Source: the human T2T-CHM13v2.0 reference genome, Homo sapiens
Length of the DNA stretch: 64,000 bases
Assembly: GCF_009914755.1 (NCBI RefSeq)
Contig: NC_060934.1
Strand: one strand, 5' to 3'
Numbering within the stretch: position 1 is the stretch's first letter; each line of letters opens with the position of its first letter. The notes beneath the pieces were generated by a model. That model saw only the letters and a list, made by a program, of their open reading frames with translations, was not told where the DNA came from and searched no databases. The translations under genes and the position numbers were made by a program. Shown here in pieces: positions 57,352-64,000 of this stretch.

Positions 57352-57966
57352 GCACCCCACATATAATCTTTTCACCTCTTATTATGGACAAAGGTTTAAA
57401 AATTTTGTTATGTCCACATCTAGTGAGGGTGCAAGGAAAGGGGCATTCTCTTACATTGACTATGGAAATTTTTGGAATTTAAATTGGTGCTGTTTTTTTG
57501 GAAAGCAATTTTACAATTTAAAAAGAGTTTAAGTTCTCACAACATTTGATCAGGAATTCTACGTCTATGAATTTATCCTATATATATACTATACAAAAGG
57601 GCAAAGAGGATATTTGAGGATGTTCCTTGTAATCTTATTTGTAAAAGTGAAAAACAAAACACTATCCACATATTCATGTAGGAAAGTCTGGTTAAAAATT
57701 TATGGTACATCTATGTAGTGGAATAATATGAAACTACTATGAAAGTATGTGTATGCACTGATATGAAAAGACATGCAGAATATGTTAAATGAAATCAATC
57801 AAGTTGCAGAGCAGTTTGCATGTGATACTCTTACTTCTGCAGAAAAGTGACATAAATGTGTGTATATGGTTGTAGACTTATTTTCTGGAAGGATATACAA
57901 ACAATAGTTAACAGTGATTCCTTCCAGGATGTGGTACTAGAGGAATAGAGGTACAGGATCTTAATC

Positions 57967-58279
<313 letters not shown>

Positions 58280-60349
58280 TAACTTTATATCTTATTTGTT
58301 CAACTATTTTTTAAGAATAAGATGAGAACAAATTAATGGGTTTTGGGGGAAAACAGGTGTGAGACAAGAGTGTGCTGAAATGCAAATACTCTTGGATTTG
58401 ATACTTAGAGAGGGGAAGGAAGCAGGATTGGGCAGGAAGAAGTTGGATCATGAAACAGTCTCAGTGAAGGCCTCAGTTAACCCCACTGAGATATCTGAAG
58501 CTGGAACAGCCCTTCAGGGTCGTCCTGAGTTGAGACAGGGGGGCTAGACCTTGACAGACCCTGGCATCAAGCAGTCAGTGGATGAGGGCTGTCTCAGGAA
58601 AAGGATGTGGCCTAGGGAGAGGAGAGCCTCAGCTGGGACAGTTCTGAAGACTCCTGAAGGGGGCACATTGTAGCACCACTTCTCTAACAAAATTGTTTTC
58701 CAAAGGTTCAATGACAATTTAAATTTGTCAAAACCCCTCTCAGACCTTTCCAAGGCAGCTGCTGCAGCTGAGAACGGCACTGGATTTTGGCTCTTTCTCC
58801 TTGGCTCTGGCTTCCCATATTAAAATATTGACATGTCATTTGATTGCTGGTCTCTTTGAGTTCCTACCCCCAATGCTCAGCAAACTGTAAAAAGATGAAA
58901 CGTCTTCCATATCAGAAACATCACTGTTCTTTTTCTTTTTTAAGATGGTGCCTCCACTCATTATTTAAAACTCTAATAAAGGGGGTTTAAATCTGCTGGT
59001 TAATTTGCTACACGGTCTTGGGAATTAAGGGGATACTGAATTTTTCCTTCTGTGTAGCCCATGAATAAGTAATACTTTGACTACACAGAAACCCTTGTTC
59101 CTTAATAAAATGATGTTTTATTGAAGCTGGAGAAGCACATCACCTTACAATGCTTTTATATCAAATACTTGAACTAGTTTGTTTTGCCCGCTCTAAGAAG
59201 GAGTGAATAATTTGAAAACAACTCAGTTGGCCTGGTTTATAGGCGTATAACACATTGTAAATAAGCTTATCTGGAGAATCTGGATACTATCAAACCATAA
59301 TGGAACATAGGCTTCCTCGGGAAACTAAATCGTGTGGTTTGAGGGGAGGACAAAGGAAAGCTCTCTGGAACAAAGGAAAGCTCTCTGGAAGGGAACAAGT
59401 GCTTCTGAGTTTGTTAGTTTAGCAGGATTGGTTCTGGTGTGGGATGGCAGTAATATTTGGCTTCAAAGCAGTCTTTATCCCTTAATAATTCCCTAATCCT
59501 TGCTGTTATGTGAACCAGCAAACATTTGAAAGGCAAAGCTGTAGAATAGAATTAGGATGGTCTCCTGAGTGAGGCAGAAAGATTCAGTGAGAGGAAAGGA
59601 CTTTCAGGGTTCCAACAGAAGCCTACATTTTGTGAAAGTCAGTAAATATCAATTATAAGCAAGATGCTCTACAAATCTCAGTATGATTATTGGTGCTAAT
59701 CAGGTATAAAAACCACCGCAGTGGCTCCCTATTATGGAAAGAATCACAGAAAGGGAAAGGCCTCCCCTAGTGCTTGCTCAAAATCGTACATGGAAGAGGC
59801 TTAGGGGGGTCTAAACTATTCGTTTGGAACTGGCAGACTTACCTCTAAGCTGTGTTTACATATCACTTTACATAATGTTGAGAAAAACTACGTCTATAAT
59901 ATTAATACTTGTCCATGTCAAAGAATGAAGGAGGTGGTTGTCAATGGTAATGATGGGGGCGCCAAAGTCCATTCACATCATCCCTACATGCTACCATTTT
60001 TCTTTCCTATGAAAATGAAATTGTAATGAACAATGTGACCAATGAAAGGTGATTTCTTAACATTTTGCTTGGGGTCTTTGAGTGTAAAGCTATGTTAACT
60101 GCAGAACAGTAACGTAAATTTGGGTTTATTAATATCATTAAGGTAAACCTATGAATTTGCCTTTGAACAAAATACAAGGTCATAAAATTGATTATAATGA
60201 AACAAAACTATAGTGACAGAAAGCAGATCAATAGTTGCCTGAAGACGGAGGAGGGAGGCGGGAGAGATTATACAGGAACATACAAATTTATAATTCACAA
60301 TTATAAAGTTATAATTCAGCTTTATAATAAAGTTTTGACATATATATTC

Positions 60350-62030
60350 ACTTGTAATCTCTCTTCCCTCCTCTCTCTACAGGCAACTATTGATCTTCTT
60401 TCTGTCACTATAGTTTCGTTTTCATTTGTTTCCGTTTACTGTATAAATGGAATGTACTCTTTTTTTGGGGGAGCCTGACTTCTTTAACTCAGCATGATTA
60501 TTTTGAGATTGATCCACATTGTTGGGTATATCTATGGCTCATTCCTTCTTATGGCTAAGTAGTATACCCTTGTATGGATATGCTGCAATTTGTTTACCTA
60601 TACACCTGTTGATAGATATTTGAGTTGTTTCCAACCTGGGCTATTATACACAAAGCTGCTATAAACATGCATGGGCAAGTATTTGGACCTATACCTTCTT
60701 TTCTGTAAATACTTAGGAGTGAAATGGCTGGATCATATGGTAAATATATGTTTGACAGTTTGAGAAACCATCAAACTGATTTTCAAATTAGTTGCACATT
60801 TTACATTCCCACCAGCAATATATGAGTTTTTCCAGTTGCTCAGCATCCTTGCCAACACCTGATGGGGAGAGTCTTTTTAATTTTGGCCATTCTGGTGGTT
60901 GGGGACTGGTATCTCATCGTGGTTTTCATTTACATTTCCCTTATGATTAATGATGTTGAACATATTTTCATATGCTTGTATGCCCTCCATATATCTTTTT
61001 TATTGTTGAAATGTGTGTCTAAATATCTTGCCAATTTTTAAATTGGGTTAGTTGGCTTGGAAAAAACACTCCAGGCAGTTAGGACACCTGAGTTCTATTT
61101 CTAGATCTGGTCCCAGTGTTGCCATACTATTTGACCACAGATTTCTTGCCTCTCTCGACCCTTTGCAAATGAGGTTAAGCCCACTGCTCTGTAAGTCTTC
61201 TTTAAGAGTCAAGTTATTTGTTGGGTATATGTTTTGGAAATATTTTCCCTGAGTTTGTGGCTTGCCTTTCTTAGTAGCATTTTTTAAAGAGAAAAAGTTT
61301 TAAATTTTGATTAAACCCAATTCATTAATTTCTTTCTCTTATAGTTTATGCTTCTTGTGTCATATTTAAGAAATCTTTTCCAAAGCCAAGATCACTAAGA
61401 TTTTTAAAAGATGTTTTATAATTTTATAATTTTTAATTGTAGCTCTTACATTTAGCTCTATATTCCATTTAGAGTTACTTGTGGTATATGGTATAATGTG
61501 GGGGTTGAGGTTACTTTTTATTTTTTCATGTGGCTGATGGTTTCAGCGTTATTTGTTGAAGATATTATCCTTTCCTCATTGAATTGCCTTGGCACCTTTG
61601 CCAAGAATCAATTGACTATATGTGTGCGTGTGTGCATATACATATGTGTATGTATACATATACATGTATATGTGTATATATATGTATGTATGTCTAATGC
61701 TGGGTTCTCTCTTATGTTTCATTTTTGCCCATCTTTAGACCAGAACCTCTCCTGATTACTATAGCTTATGATAAGTCTTGAAACCTTGTAGTGTAAATCC
61801 TGTATCTTTGTTCTCTTTTTCTCTCTTTTGTTATATGGTAGATTGTTTGCTTTTCCATATTCAGCATTAGCTTGCCATTTTCAGACAAAACCCTGAAGGG
61901 ATTTTGATTGTGAATGCATTGAATTTAGACATCGGTTAGGGGAGAATGAACATCTTAACAATATTAAGTCTTCTAATCCATGAAGATGGTATACCTCTCC
62001 ATTTATTTGGATCTCCTTTTATTTCTCCCA
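60350..62030 (-). mobile_element. Old L1M remnant with a (TATG/TG)n tract at ~61618-61692
   Basis: ggcaactattgatcttctttctgtcactatag; ttacattcccaccagcaa; cattgaattgccttggcacctttg. Confidence 0.75.
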
Positions 62031-62798
62031 GTAAAATATCTGGTTACAATAACTGGTTACAAAAATTAGTTGATTATAAACTATTATGAAAATGTATTTT
62101 TGAAATCAAGGTCTGTATTTCCTCTTAAGAAGCAATAGACTAGAACTGCCTCAGAATAGAGGGAGGCCAAAATATGTGGGGGCTGCATGAAGTTGTGCCT
62201 TTGCTCATAGAACTTTTAAAGAGGAAAAGTTTTTAATTTTGATTAATTCCAATTCATTAATTTCTTTCTTTTATAGTTTATGCCTTTTGTGTTATTCATT
62301 CTTACAATAAATGGTATCCTCCTCCCTCAAACTCATAATATCATTTTATATCACCTTAACAAGAGATTACAGATATGTTCAACAATGACTGTCATTCACC
62401 AACTTTGTTTTCATTAAAAATTCAATGAAAAGATTACATATGAGTAAGATATATATATATAGCATGTTAGTATTATTTTAGGCTTTCTTTAAAAAAAACA
62501 TCATTAAAAAGTGATCACAGACTTCCACTATTTTAAAAGTTATAACCTATGTCAATAAGGTTTACTTTTAAAATTCAATGTGATGTTTGGGCATCTCTAA
62601 CTGAGGCTATTGTAAAAGGTGATAATGTTCAGATGGGTGAGGAAGAATGGAAACTTCTGATGCAGCAGGTGGGTGGATGACAGCCTCTCAAGTGGAGGGA
62701 TAGGGCACCACATCCATAAGAAGAGGGGGGATAAGAAGAACGGCATATAAAATCATGGAACTTGAGGGTAGAAGGGGATCTTTAAAAGTCACTCAGTC

Positions 62799-63591
<793 letters not shown>

Positions 63592-64000
63592 TAAAACTAG
63601 AAAATAGTGTTCCTGTGGGCCAACACAGATTCACCGGCACTCACCCTGGTTAATGAAGTGTGGGCTAGATTTCAGTCTTCCCTTATCCCCTTGGCTATGT
63701 GTATTTATGTAGTTGCACAAAAGCCAAACAAGTGGTCTTTCCATAAGCCAAAGAGAAATCTAGAAACCAGAATTCCTAACTCAGTTGATTTGAGAGTGAG
63801 GTGATGAGAGTCAGCACAGTTTAAACCCAGAGGTTTCAACAGAAAATAACTTTTCCAGCAATCAGGTAGAGATCAGAGTGGATAAGACTTGGTGGTGGCA
63901 TCACAGGATAGAAATCAAGGCACTGTTGATGCAAGATAAGAGTGGAATACAGAAGATGAAATGGAGAACTCTATCTCCAGGGGTCACATTTTGTTGGAGT

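Overview
Human genomic DNA at the STN1 (OBFC1) locus. STN1 encodes the CST-complex subunit and lies on the minus strand. The window holds a CpG-island promoter, a non-coding exon 1 (~25.3-25.5 kb) and coding exons 2-7 (24829 down to 4794). These give codons 1-251, which splice in frame at GT/AG sites; the remaining exons lie off the left edge. The haplotype encodes Ala151 and Cys248. The ~38 kb right of the promoter has no recognisable host exon and is mostly repeats (Alu, L1, L2, MIR, MaLR/ERV1/ERVL LTRs, an ERVL proviral remnant, DNA transposons). Most notable observations: (1) a decayed cTAGE/MIA2-family retrogene antisense in intron 2; (2) a uORF whose stop overlaps the weak-context STN1 start codon (TGATG); (3) a perfect 21-bp inverted repeat bracketing the promoter and exons 1-2; (4) a G-quadruplex-prone promoter minisatellite; (5) several rearranged repeats (inverted LTR16 arms, twin-primed L1, fold-back Alu, chimeric Alu). 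Protein and repeat family names come from recalled consensus sequences, not database searches, and repeat boundaries are approximate unless a TSD is given.
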